A stretch of DNA of 64,000 nt, from assembly GCA_021157815.1 (NCBI GenBank), contig JAGGVT010000096.1:9335-73334 (forward strand), given 5' to 3'. This DNA is from a bacterium (GTDB lineage: Bacteria; JAJVIF01; JAGGVT01). The notes beneath the pieces are model-generated. The model was not told where the DNA came from. It did not search any database and worked only from the letters and a program-made list of their open reading frames with translations. Positions 39,455 to 50,101 of this stretch are shown piece by piece. The stretch's first letter is position 1, and each line of letters opens with the position of its first letter. A program made the position numbers and the translations under genes.

Positions 39455-40039
39455 TCAATTCAAATTCGTCAAATCATCAATAGTCGCTGTGACCAGCCAG
39501 TTATCCCAGTCGGATGGCACATAATTGCCTAATGACATCCAGTCATCCCAGTCAGATGGCTCATAATCGCCAAGAGGATCTATAATTTCCGATATTTTCT
39601 CAAGCCATTCGCTGTCAGAGCTGTCATGGGCGCGCCTGATTGCGGGTATTCCAATTTTTGGAGCACTCATCCAGTCATCCCAGTCGGATGGTTCGTAATC
39701 GGTTGCGGTTCTCGGCTGTATTTCGTATCCCATCCAGTCATCCCAGTCGCTTGGCTCCCAATAAATATCAAAAGCCGCCAGTGCATAACTTGCAAAATAT
39801 CCAAACTGCGCCGGATTAATCAACTCGATTGTTGGAACGTCAGTTGGAATCCTTTCCGGATTTGGATAATCCGCTCCCGCCAGAACAAGCGCGAGTTGGA
39901 ATGTTTTTGCCTCAGGGTTGAATTCGGATGTTATCCTGTCAGGGGTAACCGGCTGGTTGCTGCAACCGTATAGTGCCAATAGTAACACTGCAACGATGAT
40001 TAGTTTGTATTTTGTCATTGTTCTCTCCCAAGCATTCAT
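39455..40039 (-). CDS. Lipoprotein with five-fold YEPSDWDDWM repeat
   Basis: Lipobox LYGCSNQ; repeats WEPSDWDDWM, DYEPSDWDDWM (x3), VPSDWDNWL. Periodic DNA repeats at 39470-39770. Confidence 0.7.
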   Translation of the reverse strand: MNAWERTMTKYKLIIVAVLLLALYGCSNQPVTPDRITSEFNPEAKTFQLALVLAGADYPNPERIPTDVPTIELINPAQFGYFASYALAAFDIYWEPSDWDDWMGYEIQPRTATDYEPSDWDDWMSAPKIGIPAIRRAHDSSDSEWLEKISEIIDPLGDYEPSDWDDWMSLGNYVPSDWDNWLVTATIDDLTNLN

Positions 40040-40190
40040 TGGAGATGTTAAAATAATCGAAACAAGTTACGGCAGGTAACTTAAATAGATTTAATCAAAA
40101 CATATATAACTTAATGCAACTAAATTATAATCAACTAAATACAATCATGTCAAGAGATGGCACTGCAGAATTACAAGCGATGCTATATGT

Positions 40191-41603
40191 ATGTTTAGTA
40201 TAATTGCGGAATTCTTTTCGCAAAAACTCACCAAGTCGGTATATAATTGCGTGATGCGATACGTTGTCGGGATAATCCTCTTTTTTGTGTTGATGGCATG
40301 CTCTTCCTCTCTGGAGGCATCGGAGGGCGTGACACCATCCAGCGCGCCTGAAGCTGAATACATGGTTGCGTTAATCGATACAACATCACCCGGCATGATA
40401 AAAGCGCGAATTTTTGTGGCATTCTCATCCAAAAATTCTTCTAATATTCCTGAAAGTTTTATTTTCAAAGGATTGAATCGGAAAAATGTGTCAACCTGCT
40501 CGCTTACGGATTATGTGTTCTTTGATGTCAGATTTGTAAAACAGCTCGAGAAAAAATTTCAGGATAATGCAAGGATCAAATCTGAAAGGGATAATTTTAA
40601 TCAGCAAGTGGAAAATACGAACATTTTCCTGTTTCAGCAGCCTTTCTGGATGATTCATCTTGCCTTCAAACTTCCAACAGCGCTGCTTGAATGGCATTTG
40701 TCGATGAAGAAAAAGCAGCCGGCACAGGATTTCTGGGCTCATATTTATTCTGCTGAACAACAGGATTTGCCGGATGACATCAATTTCGAATCCGCCGGTG
40801 AAAGCAATTCATCTTTGAAAATCAGCTATTATCTCTCCGGGCAAACCGACATGTTTTCATCAAGGGGAGTAATGTTCACTTATACGGAATCTTTTAGAAA
40901 TGACGATGAACGCCTCGATATTGTCAACAGAATTCTGGCTGGTGAGATAATTCACGAGGATTCAGGCATGACGATTGCATTTCCTTTGACAAGGGCGTAT
41001 ATAATAAATAAAGCAAACTCGTCCGGATTGCGCATTTCTCCTGTGGATGGCGTCCAACTTGATGAGGTTTCACTGATAAACCGTGTCAACGCGAGGGAGA
41101 AAGGCGTTTTTTATTCATCGGATGGCGTGATTGCGTTTTTCGACATGATCAATTCGGATGGCGCGGTTCAGAAATATTCGCTTTTCAAGCAGCCATCATC
41201 AGGGATTCCTTTCCAAATCGAGATTGCGGGGACTCTGGATGAGTCAACCGGATTTTACCAGCATGAATCCGAATTGAGCCGTATCAAACGCTTCACCAGT
41301 CTCATTCGAACAATCCTGACCGGATTGATACTCTGGATACTATTTTTCACCCTATTCCATCGATTATTGTTAGTCGGCTTGGGCTTTTGGAAAATAATCA
41401 GGATATCACTGTTTGCGTATTTTGTTTACGTGCTCATATCAACAGTGTTTTCATTCATGTTCGGATTTGGATTTGTTCTGGGCATTATTGCAATGGTATC
41501 TGCAACAAGACGTTTTATTGGCGAATGTTCAACATCGAGGCTTTTTATGTACGGCTTATTAACATCCTTTTTCACCGCGCTGTCAGCGTATCTTTTAATA
41601 TAA
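40191..41603 (+). CDS. hypothetical membrane protein (periplasmic N-domain plus C-terminal TM bundle)
   Basis: Signal/lipobox LMACSSS; about 4 hydrophobic helices in the last 130 aa. Confidence 0.6.
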   Translation: MFSIIAEFFSQKLTKSVYNCVMRYVVGIILFFVLMACSSSLEASEGVTPSSAPEAEYMVALIDTTSPGMIKARIFVAFSSKNSSNIPESFIFKGLNRKNVSTCSLTDYVFFDVRFVKQLEKKFQDNARIKSERDNFNQQVENTNIFLFQQPFWMIHLAFKLPTALLEWHLSMKKKQPAQDFWAHIYSAEQQDLPDDINFESAGESNSSLKISYYLSGQTDMFSSRGVMFTYTESFRNDDERLDIVNRILAGEIIHEDSGMTIAFPLTRAYIINKANSSGLRISPVDGVQLDEVSLINRVNAREKGVFYSSDGVIAFFDMINSDGAVQKYSLFKQPSSGIPFQIEIAGTLDESTGFYQHESELSRIKRFTSLIRTILTGLILWILFFTLFHRLLLVGLGFWKIIRISLFAYFVYVLISTVFSFMFGFGFVLGIIAMVSATRRFIGECSTSRLFMYGLLTSFFTALSAYLLI

Positions 41604-41643
41604 GGGTCTTCAATAAATCGTGTGGGTTGAATCTGGATTGAGT

Positions 41644-41756
41644 AAAAAAAGGGGAATGTCCCAACCAAGTGAATAAACACCGTATAAATAAGGGGTTACA
41701 GCATAGTATGTTGATAACATCAGTTTTGAAGTCTCATGTGGACTGTCCCCTTTTTA
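41644..41756. mobile_element. MITE-like element, copy 2 (inverted orientation)
   Basis: aaaaaaaggggaatgtccca ... gtggactgtcccctttttac. Confidence 0.5.
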
Positions 41757-41819
41757 CTACCGTCATAGAGCATTTAATGTTTCGTCTACTTTCGTTCAAA
41801 TTTAACCGGACAGTCGTGT

Positions 41820-43061
41820 TTACTTATACAAATTCGCTGCGACTTTCCTCACGCCGGATATTACATCCGTGATTTCCTGATCGCCGAAAGTCGGAGAGAG
41901 CGCGATATAAACCAGACGTCCAGCGATATCCTCCGTTTTCGGGCACATTCCCAGATGATATTTTACATCGCCTTTGTAGTATGGGCATGTAAACGGGCAG
42001 CCCTCCGGCGTGGCTGTGCTCATGTTTAAAACCTGTGGCCATGTCTGGTATATTGCGCCGCCGTACATTTTACTTGAATCGATATTCTCAGCGTTTAGAG
42101 CCTTAACAAACCTTGACGCCAGCTCAGCGGATTCCATATAGAAAATCACACTTGTTCCGATATCCTCCGCGCCATCGGTAACACGCCTGAAAATCAACCC
42201 CTTGATATCTCCTATTCCCTTTAGTATTTCCTCTTTCGCTTTTTTCATAGATGCGATAATGCTGTCGAGTTTTTTAATCTGCACGACTCCCACCGCGCCT
42301 GTAAATTCACTCATCCTGTGATTCTCGCCCATAAACGGCACTCCGCCTGTGAATTCGCGAAGGTTGCCGTGGTCGTGAAATCGGACAGCACGATGAAACA
42401 GGTCGGTGTCATCTGTGATTATAATTCCACCTTCTCCTGTCGAGATTAATTTATTCATCTGTAAACTGAAAACGCCCATTTTGCCCAGCGTTCCGACTTG
42501 TTGCCCCTTGTAATGCGCTCCGAACGACTGCGCGCAGTCCTCTAATACAGCGATATCGTTCTGCTTCGCGATTAGGAAAATGGAATCCATATCGCAAGCA
42601 ACACCCTGAAGATGAACGAGCATTATCACTTTTGTTCGAGGAGTGATTTTCGTTTTGAGATCATCCACATCGATATTTAACGTATCATCGACCTCAACGA
42701 AAACCGGGATCGCTTTCGCCGCGACAACAGCGCTCGCGCAGGCTATGAAAGTATATGCCGGAACGATTACTTCATCGCCGGGAGATACTCCGAGCGCGAC
42801 AAGCGCCACTTTCAATGCGGCAGTAGCGGATGTTACCCCCAGTGCGTGTTTTGTTCCTAAATATTCCTGAAGAGAGTTTTCAAATTCAGAAACCTTGTTC
42901 AGCATGTCGGGCCCGTAATATCTGAACGGGGATTTATGCTCGATAACCTCTATTAACGCCTGTTTCTCCTCATCGCCCATAACAAGCGCGCCCGGATACG
43001 GTGGTGGCAGCGGTTCGTTGCGAACAGGCTTTCCGCCATCTATTGCAAGTTTATCTGTCAT
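41820..43061 (-). CDS. DegT/DnrJ/EryC1/StrS-family PLP-dependent sugar aminotransferase
   Basis: HALGVTSATAALKVAL, DEVIVPAYTFIACASAV, VLEDCAQSFGA, SLQMNKLISTGEGG. Confidence 0.9.
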   Translation of the reverse strand: MTDKLAIDGGKPVRNEPLPPPYPGALVMGDEEKQALIEVIEHKSPFRYYGPDMLNKVSEFENSLQEYLGTKHALGVTSATAALKVALVALGVSPGDEVIVPAYTFIACASAVVAAKAIPVFVEVDDTLNIDVDDLKTKITPRTKVIMLVHLQGVACDMDSIFLIAKQNDIAVLEDCAQSFGAHYKGQQVGTLGKMGVFSLQMNKLISTGEGGIIITDDTDLFHRAVRFHDHGNLREFTGGVPFMGENHRMSEFTGAVGVVQIKKLDSIIASMKKAKEEILKGIGDIKGLIFRRVTDGAEDIGTSVIFYMESAELASRFVKALNAENIDSSKMYGGAIYQTWPQVLNMSTATPEGCPFTCPYYKGDVKYHLGMCPKTEDIAGRLVYIALSPTFGDQEITDVISGVRKVAANLYK

Positions 43062-43065
43062 TTTT

Positions 43066-43201
43066 TAGTCAACACCTCGATATCGCAAAAATGGGGACAG
43101 TCCACAACAGGCTTCAAATCTGACATTATCAATAGACATTACTCATAACACCAGCATTTATTGTATTTATTAACGTTGTTGGGACAGTCCCCATTTTTGC
43201 T
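43066..43201. mobile_element. MITE-like element, copy 3, flanked by 18-bp direct duplication AAGTTTATCTGTCATTTT
   Basis: TIRs aaaaatggggacagtcc / gggacagtccccattttt. The direct repeat at 43048-43065 and 43202-43219 includes the start codon of 41820..43061. Confidence 0.55.
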
Positions 43202-43217
43202 AAGTTTATCTGTCATT

Positions 43218-44069
43218 TTAGTTTTTCACATCAATACCGAACAGTTTTGCCGTGTTTAAACCAAGAATCTTTTCTTTGTCAGATTCCGAAATATCAGCAT
43301 AAACAATTTTCCCCACCTGCGGAACAGGCGATATAAACGGCACATCGGAGCCGTAGAGAATCCGTTCAGCACCGACCTCGCGAACCATCATCTCGATTAC
43401 ATCGGGATAAAGCCGCGATGAAGCCGTATCGAGATAAACATTCGGATGCTTTTTCGCGACCTCGATTGCCTCAAAAACGCCGTCATATTCCCCGCCGGTG
43501 TGCCCAAGAATGATAATCGCATCCGGATAATTCTCGGCAACCTTGTTAAAAAGCGATGGGAGGCAGTAATCGCAAATCGGGTCGTAATACCTCATGCTGT
43601 TCCATGTGTGTATTAAAACAGGCGCTTTGTGTTTCGATGAAAACTCCCAAACCGGATTGTAACGCGCATCATCACCGGCAACCTGATCGCAATAAGGATG
43701 GATTTTAATCCCCTTGAATCCGTGCTCATCGAAACAGCGATTGAGTTCGTCATCGAGGATATCAGCGTAATTCGCATTAACTCTGGCGTATCCGACAAAC
43801 CTGTCGGGATATGATTTGACCGCCCCGGCGACAATATCATTGCCAAACGGAAGCCCGTTGCTGAACGAGCTGATAGCAACCTTGTTAATTCCGATTCTAT
43901 CCAGTCCGGCGACTATTGCACCTGCATCATCACCGCCGGGGATATAGAATCCATGGTCAGGCCCAAAATGTCCATGGCAGTCGAAGATGAAATAGTCATC
44001 TAAAGGTTTGCCATCGTTTGTTGTTTTTGTGAAGTAGTCCATTGAGTTATCCTTTTTAAATATTACCAT
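43218..44069 (-). CDS. amidohydrolase_2 (PF04909-like) metal-dependent TIM-barrel hydrolase
   Basis: FDCHGHFGP near the N-terminus, ILGHTGG, DTAS; lactonase/decarboxylase-type family. Confidence 0.7.
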   Translation of the reverse strand: MVIFKKDNSMDYFTKTTNDGKPLDDYFIFDCHGHFGPDHGFYIPGGDDAGAIVAGLDRIGINKVAISSFSNGLPFGNDIVAGAVKSYPDRFVGYARVNANYADILDDELNRCFDEHGFKGIKIHPYCDQVAGDDARYNPVWEFSSKHKAPVLIHTWNSMRYYDPICDYCLPSLFNKVAENYPDAIIILGHTGGEYDGVFEAIEVAKKHPNVYLDTASSRLYPDVIEMMVREVGAERILYGSDVPFISPVPQVGKIVYADISESDKEKILGLNTAKLFGIDVKN

Positions 44070-44093
44070 GTTTTAGCATGGTGTTATCCAGTA

Positions 44094-46670
44094 TTAATCA
44101 ATTACAACGTACCCATCCTCGAATGAATATCCAAACTCCCTGTTACTGAATATTACCACCGTTACGCCGGGTGCAAGTATTCTCGCGCCGGATATATCCG
44201 ATTCTGTTCCTATCTCGAGAAGCAGATTGTTATGTGAAATCTCAATTGCTTCTATTGTTTCAAGCGATGAGAAAATCAACATGCCGTTGTATTCCAGGTG
44301 CGATGCGTTAATCAGAAGGACATCGAAATCGGGATTGTTTGCACGGACAACATGCGCCAAATCACCCTGGAATTTGTATTTCCCAAACGTGGCCATCTTA
44401 TTGGAGTTGCCCGTTTCGAGAAACACATCCGTTCTGTCAGGCAGTTCGATTTCGTAGCCATAGTTACGCCTGTGTGCCCTATCAATCCAGTCAGTTTCAA
44501 GCGTTTTGATTTCAATATCTGGAGCGTCTTTTCCCTCGTACGGATACAGCAAAACCTGGTATTGAACAAACGGCATCCGCGCCTGATGCAGTGAGATATA
44601 CGGCGCGTCATCCTTAACGCCATCAGCCGGTGTCACCATAGGCCCGGTTTTTTCATGGATCTCAACCTCATCCGCATTAAGCGGAATAAGCGCAAGATTG
44701 GCATCATCATTGGAAGTGTCGATGCGTTTTGTTTTCTTATCAATCTTAAGTTCAGTCGGCTGGAAATGCGCAAGCCAGTCGAATGTATGATATCCGCTGG
44801 TCTGGAAACTCGCTTGATAGTACGCCGGTCCCGGCAGGAAATCGGTTATTATCCAATAGCCGGGTTTGACAAAAATCGCACGTCTATTGTGAAGCACGCC
44901 AATCCAGCGGTAGCCATCGCTCCAAGCATCCGTGAAATCGAATCTCTCGCCAGTCCACCATTGCTCGACACGGTTGTTAGTGCATTTTCGCTGGCTTCTG
45001 GAATCGACCCAAACTGTATTATGCGCGATTGTTTGCTTGTACCATCGCTTGTTTATATCCGCTTCATAAGGCCCGGTACGGCCGCATTCCGTACAAATCG
45101 GTTTGCCAAACGCGTGGATATTAAAGTTGCCGAAATCAGGATGCGAATGCCACGCCTCATCCCAGCCGAAATCAAGGAACATATACGATGAATTTTTATC
45201 CCATGAATTGCGCATCACAACCCAGTCAGAATCGGGAAGATGAATTGATTTATATGGCGGGATCTGCGCCTTGGTTTTATTGTAGGCGTCAAGCGCTTGT
45301 GCGGTATTCTCGCACTGATCATTTGCTATCCTTTCAACATCATCCGGGTACCACTCAGAAAATTCTTTCAAGATTGGATTCGCAAATTCAAGCGCGCCTT
45401 CGATTATCGTGCCCTTGATTAGATAACCGTCCGGACCAATTCCGCCATCGCCGACAGGAACACCATTGCCTGCAGGCGGCATTATCTTGACCATGGATAA
45501 ATACATCGATTCCCATTTTCTATAACAATCCTCCGGTATCTCTCTTCCCGTTTTGCGAATGATATTTACAGTCCTGCGATACTGGTCAATAACACCGGTC
45601 GCATAGTTGACCGAATTCTCGATATGAGTGCCGTCATCGTAGGTATCGGTAATCATGTGCTCCTTGAAAAGTTCCCATGAAGGCTCAATCCAATTTTCTG
45701 AATCGTTGAACTCCGGGAAATACGCTCCGATTTTAATCAGCGCCTCGCACTGGCATGTCTGCCAGTTGCCCGGCATAAAGACATCGTTGCACTTTTCCAG
45801 AAATTGCGCATGTTCAAGAATCGATTTGTAGAAATTAATATTTCTTTCCTTGTCGAGATTCAATTCACCTGTTTTTGCAAGCCATCGTTCTGTGTCGCAC
45901 ATATGAATTGCGGTACCGCCTGCGCCAAGCGTTCGCCAGTATGGCAGCCAGACAAAACCGATATACGCTTTCGGCCGTTGAGCGGGCGGACGGTACGTTT
46001 CATACCAGTGAGAGAACATCTCAAGCCACGCATCGGCGTATTTCCTGTCATTTGTGTGTATTGCCGCGCGTTCGAGAACACGCATCAACCCAAAAAGTGA
46101 ATACCTTTTTCCGGGAACGCATGCTGGGAAATCGGGATCTTTGATAATCTCGTCAGCGTCTATTACCGCGGCTTCACCCGCTTCTTTTGTAATCGGACAA
46201 AGCTTCAACTGATTCGGCCTTGGGCGTTCAGACTGATATATCAAATATTCATCCCGCGCTTTTGTGAAATCACGCGAATCAACCGCTGCCTTCACTTTCT
46301 CAAGTCCCTGATGGTTCAAATCCACGGTGGAAAAAAAATCTTTATCCGTCATTATTGGACAGGTGGGCGTGTAGTCGTATTCCGCTTTGTATCGCTCGAC
46401 AAAAGTATTTGTATAGCGGTATTTGCTAAGGAGTTTGACATCCAAATTGACATCCGAATCAAATTCAATTGACGGGTCATCCACGTACGTTATCTCCGAT
46501 GGCTCATACGGAGAAATTGCCTCCGGTGGAACAGGCACCTGCGCCATGTCAACATACGCCATCGTGTTGGGAACTTCATTCTCCCGTGAAGATTTATCAT
46601 TATCGGAATCCACTGGGCAACCACAAAAAATGAAGGATGCCATTATTAGTAGAAATGCAAATCGTGCCAT
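44094..46670 (-). CDS. heparinase II/III-like polysaccharide lyase family protein (secreted), paralog 1
   Basis: Signal/lipobox FIFCGC. WDEAWHSHPDFGNFNIHAFG matches the H.H.D...F Hepar_II_III motif. Large alpha-rich N-domain with NWQT. Start reassigned to ATG at 46670 (AGGAG RBS), 11 bp after the upstream gene stop. Confidence 0.75.
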   Translation of the reverse strand: MARFAFLLIMASFIFCGCPVDSDNDKSSRENEVPNTMAYVDMAQVPVPPEAISPYEPSEITYVDDPSIEFDSDVNLDVKLLSKYRYTNTFVERYKAEYDYTPTCPIMTDKDFFSTVDLNHQGLEKVKAAVDSRDFTKARDEYLIYQSERPRPNQLKLCPITKEAGEAAVIDADEIIKDPDFPACVPGKRYSLFGLMRVLERAAIHTNDRKYADAWLEMFSHWYETYRPPAQRPKAYIGFVWLPYWRTLGAGGTAIHMCDTERWLAKTGELNLDKERNINFYKSILEHAQFLEKCNDVFMPGNWQTCQCEALIKIGAYFPEFNDSENWIEPSWELFKEHMITDTYDDGTHIENSVNYATGVIDQYRRTVNIIRKTGREIPEDCYRKWESMYLSMVKIMPPAGNGVPVGDGGIGPDGYLIKGTIIEGALEFANPILKEFSEWYPDDVERIANDQCENTAQALDAYNKTKAQIPPYKSIHLPDSDWVVMRNSWDKNSSYMFLDFGWDEAWHSHPDFGNFNIHAFGKPICTECGRTGPYEADINKRWYKQTIAHNTVWVDSRSQRKCTNNRVEQWWTGERFDFTDAWSDGYRWIGVLHNRRAIFVKPGYWIITDFLPGPAYYQASFQTSGYHTFDWLAHFQPTELKIDKKTKRIDTSNDDANLALIPLNADEVEIHEKTGPMVTPADGVKDDAPYISLHQARMPFVQYQVLLYPYEGKDAPDIEIKTLETDWIDRAHRRNYGYEIELPDRTDVFLETGNSNKMATFGKYKFQGDLAHVVRANNPDFDVLLINASHLEYNGMLIFSSLETIEAIEISHNNLLLEIGTESDISGARILAPGVTVVIFSNREFGYSFEDGYVVID

Positions 46671-46680
46671 TGTTTTTCTC

Positions 46681-49233
46681 CTAGTTAATGATAATGAACC
46701 CATCTTGCATGTTAACTTTTTCCTGTTCGCCATTGATTATAACCTTGTTCACACTACCAGCAACTATCTTGACACCTGATAAATCGGATTCGCTTGTTAT
46801 GCTCATTTTGGCTCCATTAACACTTATTTCAAGCGCTTCAATTGCTGCAGGAGCTGAGAATATAAGGATATCATCAATCATTAGATAATCGGCATTAAGT
46901 AGAAGAAAGACTGTTTCGGATTTTTCAATGTCACTAAGAAGCGCGATATCGCCGCGGAATTCATAATCGCCGAATTTAACTTTCTTTGTTGCATCGCCGG
47001 ATTCCATGAAAATATCTTTTCGGTTTGAGAATGATATTTCATAACCAACATTCTGCCTGCTGACACGGTCAGCGAAATCCGTTTCAAGCGGCGTGATTTC
47101 AATTTCAGGCGCGACTTTTCCCTCGTAAGGAACAAGCAAAACCTGATACTGCTTGAACGCCAATCCCTCCTGATGCAGGGAAATGTAAGGAGTTTCTACC
47201 ATTCCATCCGTTGTTGACATCGGGCCTTTGCTTTTATTAACGACAATGTCCTCATGGTTAAGGGGGACAAGCGCGATATTGGCGTCAGGATTCAGCGTAT
47301 CAATACGCTTTGTTTTACTGTCAATATTAAGTTGAGTCGGCTGGAAATGCGCAAGCCAGTCGAATTCATGATATCCGCTGGTCTGGAAACTGGTTCCGTA
47401 ATAGGACGGTCCCGGCAGGAAATCCGTGATAATCCAATAGTCGGGTTTTGAAAAAATTACTCGACGGTTATGCTGAACGCCAATCCAGCGGTAGCCATCG
47501 CTCCAAGCGTCAGTGTAATCAAAATCATCCGATGTCCACCACTGCTTCAGAGTGTTAGTCGTGCATTTGCGCATGCTTCGCGAATCAATCATGACAGTAT
47601 TATGCGCGATAGTCTGCTTGTACCATCTTTTTGATACGTCAGCCTCGTAAGAACCAGTCCTGCCACATTCAGTGCAGATTGGTTTTCCGAATGCCCAAAT
47701 ATCGAACGAGCCAAAATCGGGATGCGAATGCCACGCCTCATCCCAGCCGAAATCGAAAAACATATACGGCGATTTCTCATCCCACGATTCACGCATAACT
47801 GACCAGCCTGTGTCGGGCAGGAGAACAGAGGTAAATGACGGCTCTTCTGATTTGATTTTGTTGTATGCCGCAAGCACTTCATCAGTATTGTCAAACTGCT
47901 CGTTCGCTGTTTTGATAACATCATCGGGATATCGCTCGGCGAAATATTTCATTGCAGGGTCATTAAATTCAAGTGCGCCTTTTATAATCGCGCGTTTGGT
48001 GAAACTGCCATCCGCTCCGATACCGCTATCACCGCATGGAACATAATTTCCCGTCGGCGGAACTATCTTAACAGCCCATAAATACATGGTTTTCCACTTT
48101 CGGTAGAATTCATCGGGGATAAACATCCCGAGTTTTCGTACGAGCCTGACTACAGTGCGGTATTCATCCATAACACCGGTAGCGTAACCGACTGAGTTTT
48201 CGCAGTGAGTGCCGTCGTTATAGGTTTCCTTTACCATGTGCTGTTGCGACATTTTCCACGCGTGTTCGCACCAGAATTGCGATTTTTTAAACGATGGGAA
48301 ATAACCGCCGATTTTCATAATCCCCTCGCACTGGGCGGTCTGCCAGTTGCTGGGCATGAATACATCATTGCATATATAGAGATATTCAGCATGTTCCAGA
48401 ACTGATTTATACAAATTGAATATTTTATCTTTGCACAATTTAGGGTTATCAATCTGCGAAAGCCATCGTTCAGTTTCAGGCAGGCTTCTAGCCGGGCCTG
48501 AGGCACCAAGTGTACGCCAATATGGCATCCAGATAAAGGAGATATACGTTTTGGGCCGCTGAGCTGGCGGGCGATATGTTTCATACCAGTGGTTGTACAT
48601 TTCAAGCCACGCTTCAGCATATTTAATATCATCCGTGTGGATATACGCCCGTTCGAGATAGTACATCATTCCCCATAATGAGAAGTACATCCCCGGCCTG
48701 CAATCCGGGAATTTGGGGTCTTTCATAATCTCATCCGCTTTCTCTACAGCAGCCTCGCCTGCTTCTTTTGTAACAACCCGTTCTTTAAGCTGGTATTTTT
48801 TATCGCGCTTCGCCTGATATGACAAATACTCATCCCGCGCCTTTTGGAAATCACCAGACGTAACCGCCGCCTTAACTTTCTCAAGGCCTGGATAGTCCAG
48901 ATTAACCGCCTCGAAAAATTCCCTGTCCGACATCTCCGGCTTGGTGGGAGTATAGCCGTATTTCGCTTTCCACTTCGCCACAAATTCGTTGGTGTAGCGA
49001 TACTTGCTGAAAAGTTTTACATCCATGTTCCAGTCGGAATCGAGTTCAATCAACGGCTCATCCACGTAGGTGATTTCCGTTGGTTCAAATGGGGACAATG
49101 CCTCCGGTGGAACAGCTACAATCTGCCCGCCATCGGCATAATCCATCGTGTAGTGAACATCCTTTTCCCTTGATAGTGAAAATCCGAAGAAAATAATCGA
49201 TGCAATAAAAAGGGCTATAGCTGTTCGAGTCAT
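46681..49233 (-). CDS. heparinase II/III-like polysaccharide lyase family protein (secreted), paralog 2
   Basis: Signal peptide; WDEAWHSHPDFGSFDIWAFG; about 60% identical to paralog 1 along the full length. Confidence 0.75.
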   Translation of the reverse strand: MTRTAIALFIASIIFFGFSLSREKDVHYTMDYADGGQIVAVPPEALSPFEPTEITYVDEPLIELDSDWNMDVKLFSKYRYTNEFVAKWKAKYGYTPTKPEMSDREFFEAVNLDYPGLEKVKAAVTSGDFQKARDEYLSYQAKRDKKYQLKERVVTKEAGEAAVEKADEIMKDPKFPDCRPGMYFSLWGMMYYLERAYIHTDDIKYAEAWLEMYNHWYETYRPPAQRPKTYISFIWMPYWRTLGASGPARSLPETERWLSQIDNPKLCKDKIFNLYKSVLEHAEYLYICNDVFMPSNWQTAQCEGIMKIGGYFPSFKKSQFWCEHAWKMSQQHMVKETYNDGTHCENSVGYATGVMDEYRTVVRLVRKLGMFIPDEFYRKWKTMYLWAVKIVPPTGNYVPCGDSGIGADGSFTKRAIIKGALEFNDPAMKYFAERYPDDVIKTANEQFDNTDEVLAAYNKIKSEEPSFTSVLLPDTGWSVMRESWDEKSPYMFFDFGWDEAWHSHPDFGSFDIWAFGKPICTECGRTGSYEADVSKRWYKQTIAHNTVMIDSRSMRKCTTNTLKQWWTSDDFDYTDAWSDGYRWIGVQHNRRVIFSKPDYWIITDFLPGPSYYGTSFQTSGYHEFDWLAHFQPTQLNIDSKTKRIDTLNPDANIALVPLNHEDIVVNKSKGPMSTTDGMVETPYISLHQEGLAFKQYQVLLVPYEGKVAPEIEITPLETDFADRVSRQNVGYEISFSNRKDIFMESGDATKKVKFGDYEFRGDIALLSDIEKSETVFLLLNADYLMIDDILIFSAPAAIEALEISVNGAKMSITSESDLSGVKIVAGSVNKVIINGEQEKVNMQDGFIIIN

Positions 49234-49294
49234 TTTTATGTCTCCTTAACAATTATGAGACAGGCTATAAAAGCCTCTCCCGATGGCATTACAA

Positions 49295-50032
49295 TTATGA
49301 AACCCCTAACAGTTTCAACAAATTGCCGCCGGCTATCATCGACTTCTCCTCATCAGATATCCCGGCGTATTGCACCGCCATCACTGATGGCTCAGGATTG
49401 AAAAGCGGAATTGACGTTCCGAACAGAAGTCGCCTTGCTGAGAATTTCGCGCAGACATCCTCTATTCCACCATGCAATTGGAACATTGATGTATCAAGAT
49501 ACAGATTCGATGTCTCAGATAAAAGCGCGTAAATCAGGCGGCTGAATCTAAACGGCGCTCCCGTTAAAACAACAGCAAGTCCTGTATGTTGTTTGCACAA
49601 TCCATATATCTGATCGACGCTTGTTTCGTTATAATCGATAAACAGCGGGATGGAACGCTCCTGCAGAACACTTAGCAGAGTACCGCAACTCCATTCCGAC
49701 AACGACCAGTTATGAGTTTTTGGAAAAACACGCACGGTGCGAACGCCATTTTCCAGCATTGATTCAACAATCTCCACCGGTGGAGGCATTTCACCTGTGT
49801 GATGCGGCATTACAGCCCAGCATGGATACAGGTTGCCATAATCCGCGACCTCGTCAAGAATCCAATTGTTGCCGTAAGTCGGGCTGTATTCCTTCGATGA
49901 AATATGATAAACAAGTGCACCATCAATACCGGCTTGTTTCATCACTTTTGCCAGTTCTTTTGCGTTGTCGATATAACCCGGCAGTGGTACGGATAATTTG
50001 CCTATACAGCAATTGGCATCGATAAATTGCAT
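49295..50032 (-). CDS. amidohydrolase_2-family TIM-barrel hydrolase
   Basis: MQFIDANCCIGK N-terminus, pattern and size like neighbouring PF04909-type proteins. Confidence 0.65.
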   Translation of the reverse strand: MQFIDANCCIGKLSVPLPGYIDNAKELAKVMKQAGIDGALVYHISSKEYSPTYGNNWILDEVADYGNLYPCWAVMPHHTGEMPPPVEIVESMLENGVRTVRVFPKTHNWSLSEWSCGTLLSVLQERSIPLFIDYNETSVDQIYGLCKQHTGLAVVLTGAPFRFSRLIYALLSETSNLYLDTSMFQLHGGIEDVCAKFSARRLLFGTSIPLFNPEPSVMAVQYAGISDEEKSMIAGGNLLKLLGVS

Positions 50033-50101
50033 AATAACCTCTTGTTGTTATAACATCATTTTAAATCTTTGAAGCACCACGCTAAAGCATGGTGATATTT
50101 C

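Noticed and set aside
46681-46733. 53-bp overlap between the two tandem heparinase-like genes as annotated in the ORF track
   Set aside because: It is resolved by choosing the internal ATG at 46670 (MARFAFLLIMASFIFCGC signal peptide) with an AGGAG RBS 7 nt upstream. The longer N-terminal extension MANRKKLTCKMGSLSLTRRKT is unlikely.
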